Origin: an uncultured Opitutaceae bacterium
GTDB taxonomy: Bacteria; Verrucomicrobiota; Verrucomicrobiia; Opitutales; Opitutaceae
Direction: 5' to 3'
Length of the DNA stretch: 64,000 nt
Assembly (NCBI GenBank): GCA_903891325.1
Contig: CAITEC010000029.1
Location: forward strand, 539-64,538
A program made the position numbers and the translations under genes. The first letter of the stretch is position 1. The number at the start of each line of letters is the position of its first letter. The notes beneath the pieces are model-generated. The model was not told where the DNA came from and did not search any database. It saw only the letters and a program-made list of their open reading frames with translations. Positions 43,115 through 54,295 of the stretch are shown here, one piece after another.

Positions 43115-46100
43115 AATTGCCGCCGATGCGGGAGCCGGGCCAGGTGGTGACCGCGGCCTATCTCGGCAAGGGAAGCCTGCGCTACGGCGCGCTCGATCGC
43201 GAGATCACGGGCCGGGACGGCGCATTCTTCAACAACCGGCCGCTCTACGGGCCGGCGAATGCCGGCGGCGTCACCCTCGCCGGCGACCGGCCCTTCATCC
43301 GGCTGATCGCGAAGCCCTATGTCCACGGCTCATTTGCGGCGGCGATCCTGAGGGGCGCGGGCGGCCGCTGGTTTCACGAGTACGAGGCGGTCGAGACCCG
43401 CTACCGCTGCGGGCGGATGACCTGGCGGATGACGGACCCGTGCCTGCCCGGGGTTGAGGTGACGCTGGTCATCGCGCCGCTTGCGGACGGGGCCGGATTC
43501 GCGGCGCATTTGTCTGCCCGGGGACTGCTGCAGGGGGACCGGCTGGCCTGGACCCTGGGCGGGGCCGTCAGGGACGAGGACCCCCGCACGCGCTGGGACC
43601 CGGTAAACCGGGGGAATCCGCAGGTCCTGCGGACCGACGGCGGGATCAAGCCCGAGCTGTTGATCGGGCCGATGCCGGAGTGGAGCCGGGGCAACGAGGT
43701 CGGGATCGGGGGGGGCGGGTTTCGGCTGGCGGCCTCGCCGGGCGCCGCTGCGGCCGTGGGCCGCTCGGACCGGGGCGGAACGAGGGCCCTCGCCGACGCC
43801 TCGGCGGGGGCGACGCCCGCGGGCCTTGCGGCCTCCGTCGCCGGATCGCTTCCGGTCGCGTGCGAGGTGATCGCCCTGGGCGCCGGCGAGGACGCGGTTT
43901 TCTGGTCGGTCGGCGTCGAGGGCACGCTCACTAGGGAGCTGGCGCCGCGGGGGGATTTCGAGCGGGCGCTCGCCCGCCTGGAGTCCGTCGAGCGGATCCG
44001 GTCCGCAACCCCCGACCCCTTCCTCGACGCGGCGGTCGCCGCGGTCTGCCACCCCATCGACGGCAACTGCGAGAAGGATCCGGCCATCTTCCGGCACGGC
44101 TGCATGAGCTTCAGCATCCGCTTCATCGGCTGGAGGGTGATCAACGGGGCCACGGTCCTGGGCTGGCACGACCGCGTGAGGGAGAACGCGGCCCACTACG
44201 TCGCGCTGCAGGAAAAGGAGGCGGGGACCCGGACGGAACCCTGGCCGGACCCCGGACTGAGGCTCTGCCAGGAAGGCCTTCCCTCCCGTTTCTACGGGCG
44301 CGGCCGGATAACGCCCGACCAGTCGATTTATAATACCCAGACGCAGTTTTTCGACCAGACGATCCGCGACTGGCGCTGGACGGCCGATCCGGCGCTGGAG
44401 ACGATCCTCCGGCCCGCGCTCGAGCTTCACCTGGAATGGGCCCGCGAGTGCTTCGACCCGGACGACGACGGCCTTTACGAGAGCTACAACAACACGCTTC
44501 CCACCGACAGCATCTGGTACAACGGCGGCGGCGGGGTGGAGGAGTCCGCCTACGCCTTCTACGGCCACCGGGCGGCGGCCGACCTCGCACGCCGGGCCGG
44601 CGATCATGCGGCGGAAGCCCGCCACGGCGCGCGAGCCGACAAGATCGCACGGGCGCTGCGCGACGTGCTCTGGCTCAAGGACCGGGGGCATTTCGGCGTC
44701 TACGTCGAGCAGGGCGGGCACCGTCGCGTCCAGGCGGAGTCCTGGACCTGCAGCCAGTTCCTGCCGGTGGACGCGGGCATCGTCACGCCCGACGAGGCCC
44801 TTCAGTCGCTCTTCTTCACCGAATGGGCCCTCGAGAGGATCCGGCTGCCCTTCGGCGGCGTCCTCTGCCAGCAGAGCAACTGGGTCCCCTCAAAGTGGTC
44901 GGTCCGCGACATGTTCTCGGGCGACCTCTGCCACCTTGCGCTCGCGTATTTCCAGACGGGCCTGGCGGAGGAGGGGTGGGACCTACTCCGGGGGACCCTG
45001 CTCGAGGGATGCTATGCGAGCGCGGTCCCCGGCGGGTTCAGCCACATCGGCGCGGGGACCGATTTTGGCGACAGCGCCCACATGTTTGCGCGGGTCGTCG
45101 CCGAGGGGCTCTTCGGCTACGATCCGGACTACCCGAACGGCGTTGTGCGGATCCACCCGGCCTTCCCGGCGGAGTGGCCGTCGGCCTCGTTGAAGACTCC
45201 CGATTTCTCGCTCGAATACCGCCGGGACGGCGATACGGAGCGCTACGTCCTCGAGCTTTCCAGGGACGCCGCGGTCGCCTTCCGGGTCCCCGTCCGGGCC
45301 GCGGCGGTCGCGCGCGTCACCTGGGCCGGCCGGGAGGTCGCCTGGGCGGCCGAGCCGGGATTTGGCTTCACCTGGATAGCCGTCGCCATTCCCCGGTTCG
45401 GCCCGGCGGAAGGCCGCGCCGAGCTCGCGGTCGCGCTTACCGGACGCGTCCCGGCCGCCCCCGCTCAGTTCGTCGAGGGCGAGGCGGGGACGGCCGTCAG
45501 GCTGGAAGTCGGCGAGGGCGGGGTGCTTCGGGATTTCCACGGTGCGATCGCCGACCCGGTGGTTTCGGGCGGATTCCTGACAGGCCGGCTCGCGCGGAAA
45601 CCCGGGCACCACGTTGCCCTTGTGACGGGGAAGGTCGGCGACCTGCCGCGGCACCGGATAATCAAGCTGGCCGTGCGGGATTCCGCCGCGGCGGCGGCGC
45701 ATGCCGCGCGGACCCCCCGCGAGGCGCCGCCGGGATCCGCCTGGACCTGCGTGGACATCGGCGGGCTCCTCAATGCGGACGTGAGGGAAATCTTCAGGCA
45801 GCGCTACCTGTCGCCGCGGCCGAGGACCTGCTCGGTCCGGCTCGGGGTGGACGGCTATTCGGCCTGGACCTTTCCGCATTGGCGCGAGGAGCCTCCGGAT
45901 ATCCGGCTGGACGCGCTTGACGGGCTGGCCGCCGGTGACGGCCGGATCCTGACGCCGCAGGGCGTTCCCTTTGCGCGTCCCGGTCCCGGGCGGAACATCG
46001 GCTTCACTTCCCACTGGGACAATTGGCCGCGCTCGGTGACCGTCCCCGTCGGCCGGACCGCGACCACGGCCTGGCTCCTGGTCTGCGGATCGACCTTTCC

Positions 46101-46419
46101 CATCCAGATGGGCATCGCGAACGCCGTCCTGCGTTTTGACTACGCCGACGGGCGCGTCGAGACCCTCGACCTCGTTCCCCCGCGCAATTTTTGGTCGCTT
46201 TGCACCTGGGGAGGGTTGGACTACAGCTATGAGACGGATGCCTTCTGCCTGCCCTCGCCGCCTCCCCCGATGGTGCAGCTGGGCGCCAATTGCCGCGCCA
46301 TGGTGCTTTCCTGGAAGCTTCTCCCGGGGGCGGAACTCGCCGCCGTGACCCTGGAAGCCCTCTCGCAGGATGTCGTGATCGGGCTGATGGGCCTAAGCCT
46401 GATGGATGCCCCGCGGTGA
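43111..46419 (+). CDS. 1102-aa putative glycoside hydrolase of unassigned family (possibly DUF4450-type N-region + six-hairpin-like centre)
   Basis: ATGA overlap with GH2; FFNNRPLYGP near the N-terminus; central DPDDDGLYESYNNTLPTDSIWYNGGG ... SNWVPSKWSVRDMFSGD; no signal peptide. Confidence 0.75.
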   Translation: MKLPPMREPGQVVTAAYLGKGSLRYGALDREITGRDGAFFNNRPLYGPANAGGVTLAGDRPFIRLIAKPYVHGSFAAAILRGAGGRWFHEYEAVETRYRCGRMTWRMTDPCLPGVEVTLVIAPLADGAGFAAHLSARGLLQGDRLAWTLGGAVRDEDPRTRWDPVNRGNPQVLRTDGGIKPELLIGPMPEWSRGNEVGIGGGGFRLAASPGAAAAVGRSDRGGTRALADASAGATPAGLAASVAGSLPVACEVIALGAGEDAVFWSVGVEGTLTRELAPRGDFERALARLESVERIRSATPDPFLDAAVAAVCHPIDGNCEKDPAIFRHGCMSFSIRFIGWRVINGATVLGWHDRVRENAAHYVALQEKEAGTRTEPWPDPGLRLCQEGLPSRFYGRGRITPDQSIYNTQTQFFDQTIRDWRWTADPALETILRPALELHLEWARECFDPDDDGLYESYNNTLPTDSIWYNGGGGVEESAYAFYGHRAAADLARRAGDHAAEARHGARADKIARALRDVLWLKDRGHFGVYVEQGGHRRVQAESWTCSQFLPVDAGIVTPDEALQSLFFTEWALERIRLPFGGVLCQQSNWVPSKWSVRDMFSGDLCHLALAYFQTGLAEEGWDLLRGTLLEGCYASAVPGGFSHIGAGTDFGDSAHMFARVVAEGLFGYDPDYPNGVVRIHPAFPAEWPSASLKTPDFSLEYRRDGDTERYVLELSRDAAVAFRVPVRAAAVARVTWAGREVAWAAEPGFGFTWIAVAIPRFGPAEGRAELAVALTGRVPAAPAQFVEGEAGTAVRLEVGEGGVLRDFHGAIADPVVSGGFLTGRLARKPGHHVALVTGKVGDLPRHRIIKLAVRDSAAAAAHAARTPREAPPGSAWTCVDIGGLLNADVREIFRQRYLSPRPRTCSVRLGVDGYSAWTFPHWREEPPDIRLDALDGLAAGDGRILTPQGVPFARPGPGRNIGFTSHWDNWPRSVTVPVGRTATTAWLLVCGSTFPIQMGIANAVLRFDYADGRVETLDLVPPRNFWSLCTWGGLDYSYETDAFCLPSPPPPMVQLGANCRAMVLSWKLLPGAELAAVTLEALSQDVVIGLMGLSLMDAPR

Positions 46420-46444
46420 ATCCCCTTCAACGGAAATTTTCACG

Positions 46445-47398
46445 ATGACCTTCGGAATCGACATTGGAGGAACCAAGTCCGCGGTTTGCCGGCTGGGGGA
46501 TGACGGCCGGATCGTCCAGATCCACCGAATGGCCACGCGCGGCCCGGACGACACGCTGGCGGAACTGGCCGCGGCCATCGAGCGCGCGCGACCGGGCGCC
46601 TCGCCCCTGATCGGAATTTCCGGGGGCACCCTGGGCGCGGCCCGCGGGGTGATCACCCAGGCCCCGAACCTCCCGGGCTGGGACGAGATCCCGGTCGTCG
46701 ACTATTTCAACCGGCGCTTCGGCGGGCCGGCCTACCTGATGAACGACGCCAAGGCCTGCGCCATCGCCGAGTGGCGCTACGGTGCGGGCCGCGGATCCCG
46801 GCACCTGGCGTTCCTCACCGCCGGCACCGGCATGGGGGCGGGCTTCATCCTCGACGGCCGGCTCTACCTGGGCTGCGGCAACGCGGGCGAGGTCGGGCAC
46901 ATCCGCCTGGCCGCCGACGGCCCCCCGGGACACGGCAAGCGCGGATCCTTCGAGGGCTTCTGCAGCGGCGGTGGGCTCGGCCGCTGGGCGCAGGAATTCC
47001 TGGCCGCCCGCGGGTTGACCTCGGGGTTTGGCTGCGCGCGGATCGGGGACGTGACCGCGGCGGCCGCCGGGGAGGCCGCCGCGCGCGGCGACCCGCTGGC
47101 CCGGGAACTCCTCGATCTTTGCGGGGAGCGCCTCGGGGAGGCCCTTGCCCTGCTCGTCGATATCCTGAACCTCGAGTGCATCGTGATCGGCAGCGTCTAC
47201 GTGCGGAGCCGGCCGTGGCTCGAGCCCGGCATGCGGCGGGCCCTCGCCCGCGAGGCGCTGCCCGGCTCGCTGGCCGGATGCCGGATCGTCCCCGCAGCCC
47301 TCGGCGAGGAGGTGGGCAACTATGGCGCGATCTGCGTCGCCCAGTACAACCACGACAAGGACAGCTTCGTCGCGGCGGCCGAATCAAATCCCCTGTGA
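46445..47398 (+). CDS. ROK family sugar kinase
   Basis: [12 protein letters not shown] phosphate-1 motif, [23 protein letters not shown]. Confidence 0.85.
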   Translation: MTFGIDIGGTKSAVCRLGDDGRIVQIHRMATRGPDDTLAELAAAIERARPGASPLIGISGGTLGAARGVITQAPNLPGWDEIPVVDYFNRRFGGPAYLMNDAKACAIAEWRYGAGRGSRHLAFLTAGTGMGAGFILDGRLYLGCGNAGEVGHIRLAADGPPGHGKRGSFEGFCSGGGLGRWAQEFLAARGLTSGFGCARIGDVTAAAAGEAAARGDPLARELLDLCGERLGEALALLVDILNLECIVIGSVYVRSRPWLEPGMRRALAREALPGSLAGCRIVPAALGEEVGNYGAICVAQYNHDKDSFVAAAESNPL

Positions 47399-47456
47399 AC
47401 GTGCTTGTCATTTTTGCGCAATAAAAGGTCAATCGAGCCAGCTTTCTCCCCTACCC

Positions 47457-48587
<1,131 letters not shown>

Positions 48588-48594
48588 AGACCCT

Positions 48595-50157
48595 GTGACC
48601 AAGACACCCGCCATCGTACCCGCCCCCCGTGAAATCAACGTCCCGAGCGCCGCGCCCTTCGTCCTTACGGCGGCGACCGCCATCCGGCACGATGCCGCCG
48701 CCGCCCCGGCCGCGGCATGGCTCTCCCGCTGGCTCGGCCTGAAGGCCGGCGCGGCCGGCCCGGGCCCGGCAATCAGCATTTCGGTGGACCCGGCCCTTGC
48801 CGGCGAAGTGGGTGGCGAGGGCTACCGGCTCTCGGCCGGCGCGGGCGGCGTGGCGATCCGCGCAGCGGCGCCCGCCGGCGCCTTCTACGGGGTGCAGACG
48901 CTGCGCCAGCTTCTTCCGCCCGACATCGAGCAGAGCGGGCTGCGGGCGCAGAACGGACGGATGGAGGTCCCCGCCGTCGAGATTTCCGACGCGCCCCGCT
49001 TCGGCTGGCGCGGGGCCATGCTCGACGTGTCGCGGCACTTCGCCTCGGTGGCCGAGGTGAAGCGCTTCATCGACCTGATGGCGCTCCACAAGCTCAACGT
49101 CTTTCACTGGCACCTGGTCGACGACCAGGGCTGGCGGATCGAGATCAAGAAGTACCCGAGGCTGACGGAGATCGGCGCCTGGAGGGCGGAGACGCCCCGG
49201 CGGGACGAGGAGGGGAGGGGAGACGGCGTTCCCCATGGCGGATTCTACACGCAGGAGGAGATCCGCGCGGTGGTCGCCTACGCGGCGGAGCGCTTCATCA
49301 CCGTCGTGCCCGAGATCGAGCTCCCGGGGCACAGCTCGGCCGCGCTCGCCGCCTACCCGCACCTGGGCAACACCGACGTGCCCGAGTACCAGCCCATGGT
49401 CCGCTGCCATTGGGGCATCATCATGGAGACCTACGCGCCCAAGCCGGAGACCTTCCAGTTCCTGGACGACGTCTTCACCGAGGTCCTCCAGCTCTTCCCG
49501 GGGACCTTCGTGCACATCGGCGGCGACGAGGCCATGAAGGACCAGTGGGAGAAGTCCGCCCATGCCCAGGCCTTCATGAAGGCCAACGGGCTGAAGGACG
49601 CGCACGAGCTGCAGAGCCACTTTGTCCGCCGCACGGAGAAGTTCCTCGCCGACCGCGGCCGCCGGCTGATCGGCTGGGATGAGATCCAGGAGGGCGGACT
49701 CGCCCCCGGCGCCGCCATGATGGCCTGGCGCGACGTCAAGTGGGCCGTTCAGGCGGCCCGCATGGGGCACGACGTGGTGATGGCGCCGCACACCCACACC
49801 TACTTCAACTTCACGGAGAGCAACACGGGGGGGGACGAGGACCGCTGGGGGATGGAGACCTCCCTGGAGAAGGCCTATTCCTACGAGCCGATCCCCGAGG
49901 ACCTGGAGCCCGCCCATCACGCCCGGGTCCTGGGCGGCCAGGGCCAGCTCTGGCGCGAGGACATCCCGGGATGGGCCCGGCTCGAGTACATGACCTTCCC
50001 CCGGCTGACCGCGCTCTCCGAGGTCCTCTGGAGCCCGGCCAAGCGGAAGGATTTCGCGGACTTCCGCGAAAGGCTCCGCCGGATCCTCGCCCGCTTTGAC
50101 CGGATGGGGGTCGGCTATCGCCGGTCGGCGCTCCCCACGAAGGAGAAGGCTGGCTGA
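48595..50157 (+). CDS. beta-N-acetylhexosaminidase, GH20
   Basis: RGAMLDVSRHF, NVFHWHLVDDQGWRIEI, catalytic HIGGDEA. Confidence 0.9.
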   Translation: MTKTPAIVPAPREINVPSAAPFVLTAATAIRHDAAAAPAAAWLSRWLGLKAGAAGPGPAISISVDPALAGEVGGEGYRLSAGAGGVAIRAAAPAGAFYGVQTLRQLLPPDIEQSGLRAQNGRMEVPAVEISDAPRFGWRGAMLDVSRHFASVAEVKRFIDLMALHKLNVFHWHLVDDQGWRIEIKKYPRLTEIGAWRAETPRRDEEGRGDGVPHGGFYTQEEIRAVVAYAAERFITVVPEIELPGHSSAALAAYPHLGNTDVPEYQPMVRCHWGIIMETYAPKPETFQFLDDVFTEVLQLFPGTFVHIGGDEAMKDQWEKSAHAQAFMKANGLKDAHELQSHFVRRTEKFLADRGRRLIGWDEIQEGGLAPGAAMMAWRDVKWAVQAARMGHDVVMAPHTHTYFNFTESNTGGDEDRWGMETSLEKAYSYEPIPEDLEPAHHARVLGGQGQLWREDIPGWARLEYMTFPRLTALSEVLWSPAKRKDFADFRERLRRILARFDRMGVGYRRSALPTKEKAG

Positions 50158-50161
50158 CCTC

Positions 50162-52537
50162 ATGCCGCTGCATCCCTTTGAGAAGTCGGAGTGGCTCTGG
50201 CCCGGGTTGCCGCTGGAGATCCGGAACACGTACGCGGATTTTCGCCGCGACTTCCGCCTCGCGAGGGCGCCGCGGAAGGCCCCGTTCTTCATCACCGCGG
50301 ACCAGAATTACATGCTGTATGTCAACGGCCGCTACGTCGGCCGCGGGCCGGCGCGCGGCTTCCAGTCGAGCTGGCCCTACGACGAGCACGACCTTGCGAC
50401 CCGCCTGCGGCGCGGGAAAAACTGGATCAGCGTCCGGGTCTACAATTCCGGATCGAGCAGCGGCCAGTACCTTTACCAGGGGAAGGCCGGGCTGATCTGC
50501 GCCGGGACGGCGGGCGGCGTCGACCTGGCGACCAACGGAACCTGGATCAAGCGGCTCACGCCGGGCAACCGGGAGGACACGGCGCGGCTTTCCTGGCTGC
50601 TCAGCTTCCAGGAGCAGGCCGACCTGCGGAAGGGCGACCAGTCCTGGATCACGTCGGCTGCGCCGCCGCGGGGCTGGAAATGCGATCCGTGGGTGGCGGG
50701 CGGCGCGGCCAGCGGCTGCATGCCCTGGCCCTCGTTCGAGCCCCGCGGGATCGCCAACCTCGGCTCCCGGCTGATCCCCTATGCGCGGACCCTCGCGGCC
50801 GCCTCCGGGCGCAGCGATCCGGGATGGGAGGGCTGGACGAACGCGAGCGTGGGCGCGCGCGGGGAGCTTTCCGCCGCCCGCTGGAAGGCCGCGGCCGCGG
50901 CCGGACCTGTGGTCCGGATCGCGCCGACCGGCCGCAAGCGCTGGCGCGCCGTCATCCTCGACATGGGCGGGCCGGTGATCGGCACGCTGATCGTGGACGC
51001 CGCCGGGGCCCGCGGGGGCGAGGCCCTCGACTTTCTCTTCACGGAAATCCTGAACGACGACGGGTCGCCCATGATTCCCGACGGTCGGCTCGGCTGCGGC
51101 TCATCGATGGCCGCCCGGCTGCGCCTGCGGCCCGGACGCAACCGCCATGAATTTTTCCAGCTGATCGGGCACCGCTACCTGGTCGCGATGGTCCGCGACG
51201 CGGCCGGGCCGATTTCCCTCCGCCTTTCCCTCCGCTACAGCGTGTACCCGATGGACGTCACGGGCCGGTTCGAGTCCGACCATCCCGGCCTCAACGGGAT
51301 CCACCGGATCTGCGTGGACACCCAGCGGGCGTGCGCGCTCGACTCCTACGTGGACACCCCCTGGCGCGAGCAGGCGCAGTGGTGGGGCGACGCGCGCGTC
51401 CAGGCCCAGAACACCTTCCACCTGTGCGACGACACCCGGCTGGTCGCCCGGGGGATCCGGCAGATCGGAACCCAGGACGTGCCCAACGGGCTCACCTACG
51501 GGCATGCGCCCACCTGTTTCCATCACTGCATCCTGCCGGATTTCTCGCTGATCTGGCTGCTCACGATCTGGGACCATTACAACCAGACCGGCGACATCGC
51601 GCTTTTTGTCGAGCAGTGGCCGCGGGCGCGCCGCGTCCTCGATTACTTCCTGACCGAGGGGCGTGACGCCCGCACCGGGCTTCTCCGCTACGACCCCCGG
51701 TACTGGCTGTTTCTCGACTGGACCGAGATCCACAAGGACCCGATCCCGACCCTGCTCAACCTCTGGCACGTGCTCGCGCTTCGGAAGATGGGTGTCCTCG
51801 CCGGGATTGCCGGGATGAAGGCGGAGGGCCGGGACATCGCCCGGCGGCTGGCCGACCAGGTTGCCCGCGTCAACCGGCACCTCTGGGACGCAAAGGCCGG
51901 CCTCTTCCACGACGGGCTGGACAAGGCCTGGCGGCCGGTGCCCGTGCACAGCGTGCACAACCAGACGCTGGCGATCCACGCGGGGCTCCAGCCTTCGCGG
52001 CACGGGGAATTCATCTCGAAATCGCTGCTTCCCTACGCCCGCGACGACCGGGCCGAGGGCGTCGCCCGGCCGTCGAGCTACTGGGTCACCTACGTCTATG
52101 AGGCGCTCGCCGCCGCGGGACACCGCCGCGAGGTGGTCGGGCACATCCTGCGCCACTACTCGAAGATGGTCCCGGGCGGCGGCACCTGGGAAAATTTCGA
52201 CGTGATGATCAACGACACGATCGCCAGCCGCTCGCACGCCTGGTCCGCGCACCCGATCTATCACTTCGCGCGGAATGTCGGCGGGGTGACGCAGGCCGCC
52301 ACGGCCTGGCGGCGCGTCGCCTTCTCGCCCGAATTCTCGATTCCCGGCGTCAATCGGGCGCGGGTCGCCATTCCCTCGCCGCAGGGCCGGATCGAGGCCT
52401 CCTGGGCCCGCGCCGCAGGCCGGATCGACGTCGAGCTGCGGCTTCCCGCGGGGGTCACCGCCGACGTGGATCTGCCCGGGATTCCGCGCGCCGCCGTCAC
52501 CGGCCGCAGCCGCTGGCGCCTAGCGGAAGCGGGTTAA
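50162..52537 (+). CDS. alpha-L-rhamnosidase-like six-hairpin glycoside hydrolase (GH78-related)
   Basis: WLWPG...YADFRRDFRL...FFITADQNYMLYVNGRYVGRGP N-domain; DTPWREQAQWWGDARVQ six-hairpin entry motif. Confidence 0.75.
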   Translation: MPLHPFEKSEWLWPGLPLEIRNTYADFRRDFRLARAPRKAPFFITADQNYMLYVNGRYVGRGPARGFQSSWPYDEHDLATRLRRGKNWISVRVYNSGSSSGQYLYQGKAGLICAGTAGGVDLATNGTWIKRLTPGNREDTARLSWLLSFQEQADLRKGDQSWITSAAPPRGWKCDPWVAGGAASGCMPWPSFEPRGIANLGSRLIPYARTLAAASGRSDPGWEGWTNASVGARGELSAARWKAAAAAGPVVRIAPTGRKRWRAVILDMGGPVIGTLIVDAAGARGGEALDFLFTEILNDDGSPMIPDGRLGCGSSMAARLRLRPGRNRHEFFQLIGHRYLVAMVRDAAGPISLRLSLRYSVYPMDVTGRFESDHPGLNGIHRICVDTQRACALDSYVDTPWREQAQWWGDARVQAQNTFHLCDDTRLVARGIRQIGTQDVPNGLTYGHAPTCFHHCILPDFSLIWLLTIWDHYNQTGDIALFVEQWPRARRVLDYFLTEGRDARTGLLRYDPRYWLFLDWTEIHKDPIPTLLNLWHVLALRKMGVLAGIAGMKAEGRDIARRLADQVARVNRHLWDAKAGLFHDGLDKAWRPVPVHSVHNQTLAIHAGLQPSRHGEFISKSLLPYARDDRAEGVARPSSYWVTYVYEALAAAGHRREVVGHILRHYSKMVPGGGTWENFDVMINDTIASRSHAWSAHPIYHFARNVGGVTQAATAWRRVAFSPEFSIPGVNRARVAIPSPQGRIEASWARAAGRIDVELRLPAGVTADVDLPGIPRAAVTGRSRWRLAEAG

Positions 52538-52572
52538 TTTGAAAAAAGATCGATTTTTTGCTCACAGCAACG

Positions 52573-52599
52573 CCTGAAGGTGGAGCGCGCTCCACCCTC
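52573..52599 (-). repeat. repeat family A, collapsed copy: both termini joined into an 18-bp perfect palindrome
   Basis: cctgaaGGTGGAGCGCGCTCCACCctc; palindrome at 52579-52596; the flanks match the two ends of the full element in reverse orientation. Confidence 0.7.
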
Positions 52600-52620
52600 A
52601 AACACGCTTCCGCCCCGCGC

Positions 52621-54177
52621 ATGATCACCGACTACGGCTTTGCCGGGGATTTCCCGAGCCGGGCGTTCAGGCTCCGTGTCGATGGAACCCCGATCCGCGT
52701 CGCGGAGGTTCCCCCGATGGACGTGGGCGAAAGGGAGCGGCTCGCGGCTGCCTACCGGAAATTGCCGGAGTACTGCCACATCCACGATCCGGCCTGCATG
52801 CACCTCCACGCGGCCCACTGCGGAGCGGCCGGTGGCGTCCGGATCGAGGTCGAGGCAACCGAGGATATCCGGACCTTTGAGGTGAGTCCCTCGCGCCGGG
52901 GAGGAGCGGCCGCGGCGGCGGGAAGGATCCTGAAGTTTGAGTCCGGCGACACCGATCCGCGCTATTTTGTGGTCCGGATCAACGAGCTGCCGCCCCTGAT
53001 GCTGGCAATCGATTCCCCGGAGACGGATGTTCCGGTTCCCGGGAAGGCGGGGATTGTTGACGGCGGGACATTCCTGTCGGATCCAACCGGCGCAACCGAC
53101 CAGACTGCGGGCTTTCAAGACGCGCTGGCCGCCGCTGCCGCTTTTTCCGGGACGCTTGTCGTTCCGCCGGGTGTCTTCGCCGTGTCGGGTCTTTGCCTGC
53201 GGCAGGCCGCGGGCGTGCGGATTCATCTTTCCGCCGGTTGCCTCATAAAGGTGAGCCCGAGCGCGCCGGGTGGAAACGAGCACCGGCACGGGCTGTGGAT
53301 CCGGGACTGCAGCGACATCTCCGTGACGGGCCGGGGCTGCATCGACCACCAGGCCTATGAGCATTACGTCCTCGCGGGAAACGACTACCAGCACGGGATG
53401 GTGGACTATTACACGGCCGACGACACCTGCCCGTGGACGACCCAGTCCACCCTTTTCATCACCGGCTCAAGGCGCATCCGGGTCGAGGGCATCACGATTC
53501 GCAACGGGAGGAATTTCAACATCAACTGCCGGGGCTGCGACGAGATCGCGATCCGCGGGGTGAAAATCCTCACGCCCGCGGCCTGCACGCCCGAGTACGC
53601 GGACGGCATCAACACCGGGAGCTGCAGGGGGGTTCGGGTCGAGAATTGCCTGGTTGCCTGCAACGACGACAGCTTTGCCTCGGGGCATTACCTCCTGCCC
53701 TTCGACTCCCGGTCCGCCGGCAACCACATCGTGCGGGGTCTGCTCGGATGGAACCTGCGGGGCAGCGGTGCCCGGCTGGGTTTTTACGCAGCCTTCGACC
53801 AGGGGGACTTCACATTTGAAGGCTGCGATTTCCTGGCGATGACCCACTCGACCCTGCTCGTCCACGCGCTGCGGCCGGGACCCTCCGGCGGCCCGAGCCG
53901 CTACGGCACGATTCGCGCGGTGGACTGCAGCTTCGACGCCCGCCGCGTGCAGTTTCTGATTTCCGTCGAGAAGGCCGCAGCGGGCGCAGTGGAACTCGAT
54001 CGGGTGAGTTTCACAGGGAGTCCGCCTGCGGCCGCCGTCTTCGCGGTCGAGGGCGACCCCGCGTCGCCCATTGGCAGCCTCACGCTTCGCGCTGTGACCT
54101 GCGACGGTCGGCCGGTGGTGAGCCTGGCGCAGTTGAACTCCCGGGTTGAGCAGGTCGCCCGGGTGATCGTGGATTGA
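52621..54177 (+). CDS. parallel beta-helix (pectin-lyase fold) glycoside hydrolase, GH28-like
   Basis: Repetitive beta-helix turns; ADGINTGSC, CNDDSFASGH resemble GH28 NTDGI / GDDC / GHG motifs. Confidence 0.7.
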   Translation: MITDYGFAGDFPSRAFRLRVDGTPIRVAEVPPMDVGERERLAAAYRKLPEYCHIHDPACMHLHAAHCGAAGGVRIEVEATEDIRTFEVSPSRRGGAAAAAGRILKFESGDTDPRYFVVRINELPPLMLAIDSPETDVPVPGKAGIVDGGTFLSDPTGATDQTAGFQDALAAAAAFSGTLVVPPGVFAVSGLCLRQAAGVRIHLSAGCLIKVSPSAPGGNEHRHGLWIRDCSDISVTGRGCIDHQAYEHYVLAGNDYQHGMVDYYTADDTCPWTTQSTLFITGSRRIRVEGITIRNGRNFNINCRGCDEIAIRGVKILTPAACTPEYADGINTGSCRGVRVENCLVACNDDSFASGHYLLPFDSRSAGNHIVRGLLGWNLRGSGARLGFYAAFDQGDFTFEGCDFLAMTHSTLLVHALRPGPSGGPSRYGTIRAVDCSFDARRVQFLISVEKAAAGAVELDRVSFTGSPPAAAVFAVEGDPASPIGSLTLRAVTCDGRPVVSLAQLNSRVEQVARVIVD

Positions 54178-54181
54178 GATT

Positions 54182-54286
54182 AATGTAGCCGGGGTCCTAG
54201 ACCCCGGCCCGGTCTCGAAGAGACCGGGGATTGGAGGTCGTGTAAATGGGACGCCAACCACCGGGGTCTGGGACCCCGGCTACATT
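54182..54286. mobile_element. repeat family B, copy 2 (26-bp TIRs, one mismatch)
   Basis: aatgtagccggggtcctagaccccgg (54182-54207) vs ccggggtctgggaccccggctacatt (54261-54286); lies between convergent genes. Confidence 0.8.
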
Positions 54287-54295
54287 CGAACCCCC

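Noticed and set aside
47405-47433. TTGTCA-17 nt-GTCAAT as an internal promoter for the ABC ATPase gene
   Set aside because: The match to the -10 consensus is poor and there is no second line of evidence. It was not listed as a feature.
52541-52560. gAAAAAAgATCGATTTTTTg near-palindrome as an intrinsic terminator
   Set aside because: The stem would be A:T only and is interrupted, and it has no GC-rich hairpin of its own. It is noted only as context for the collapsed repeat A copy.
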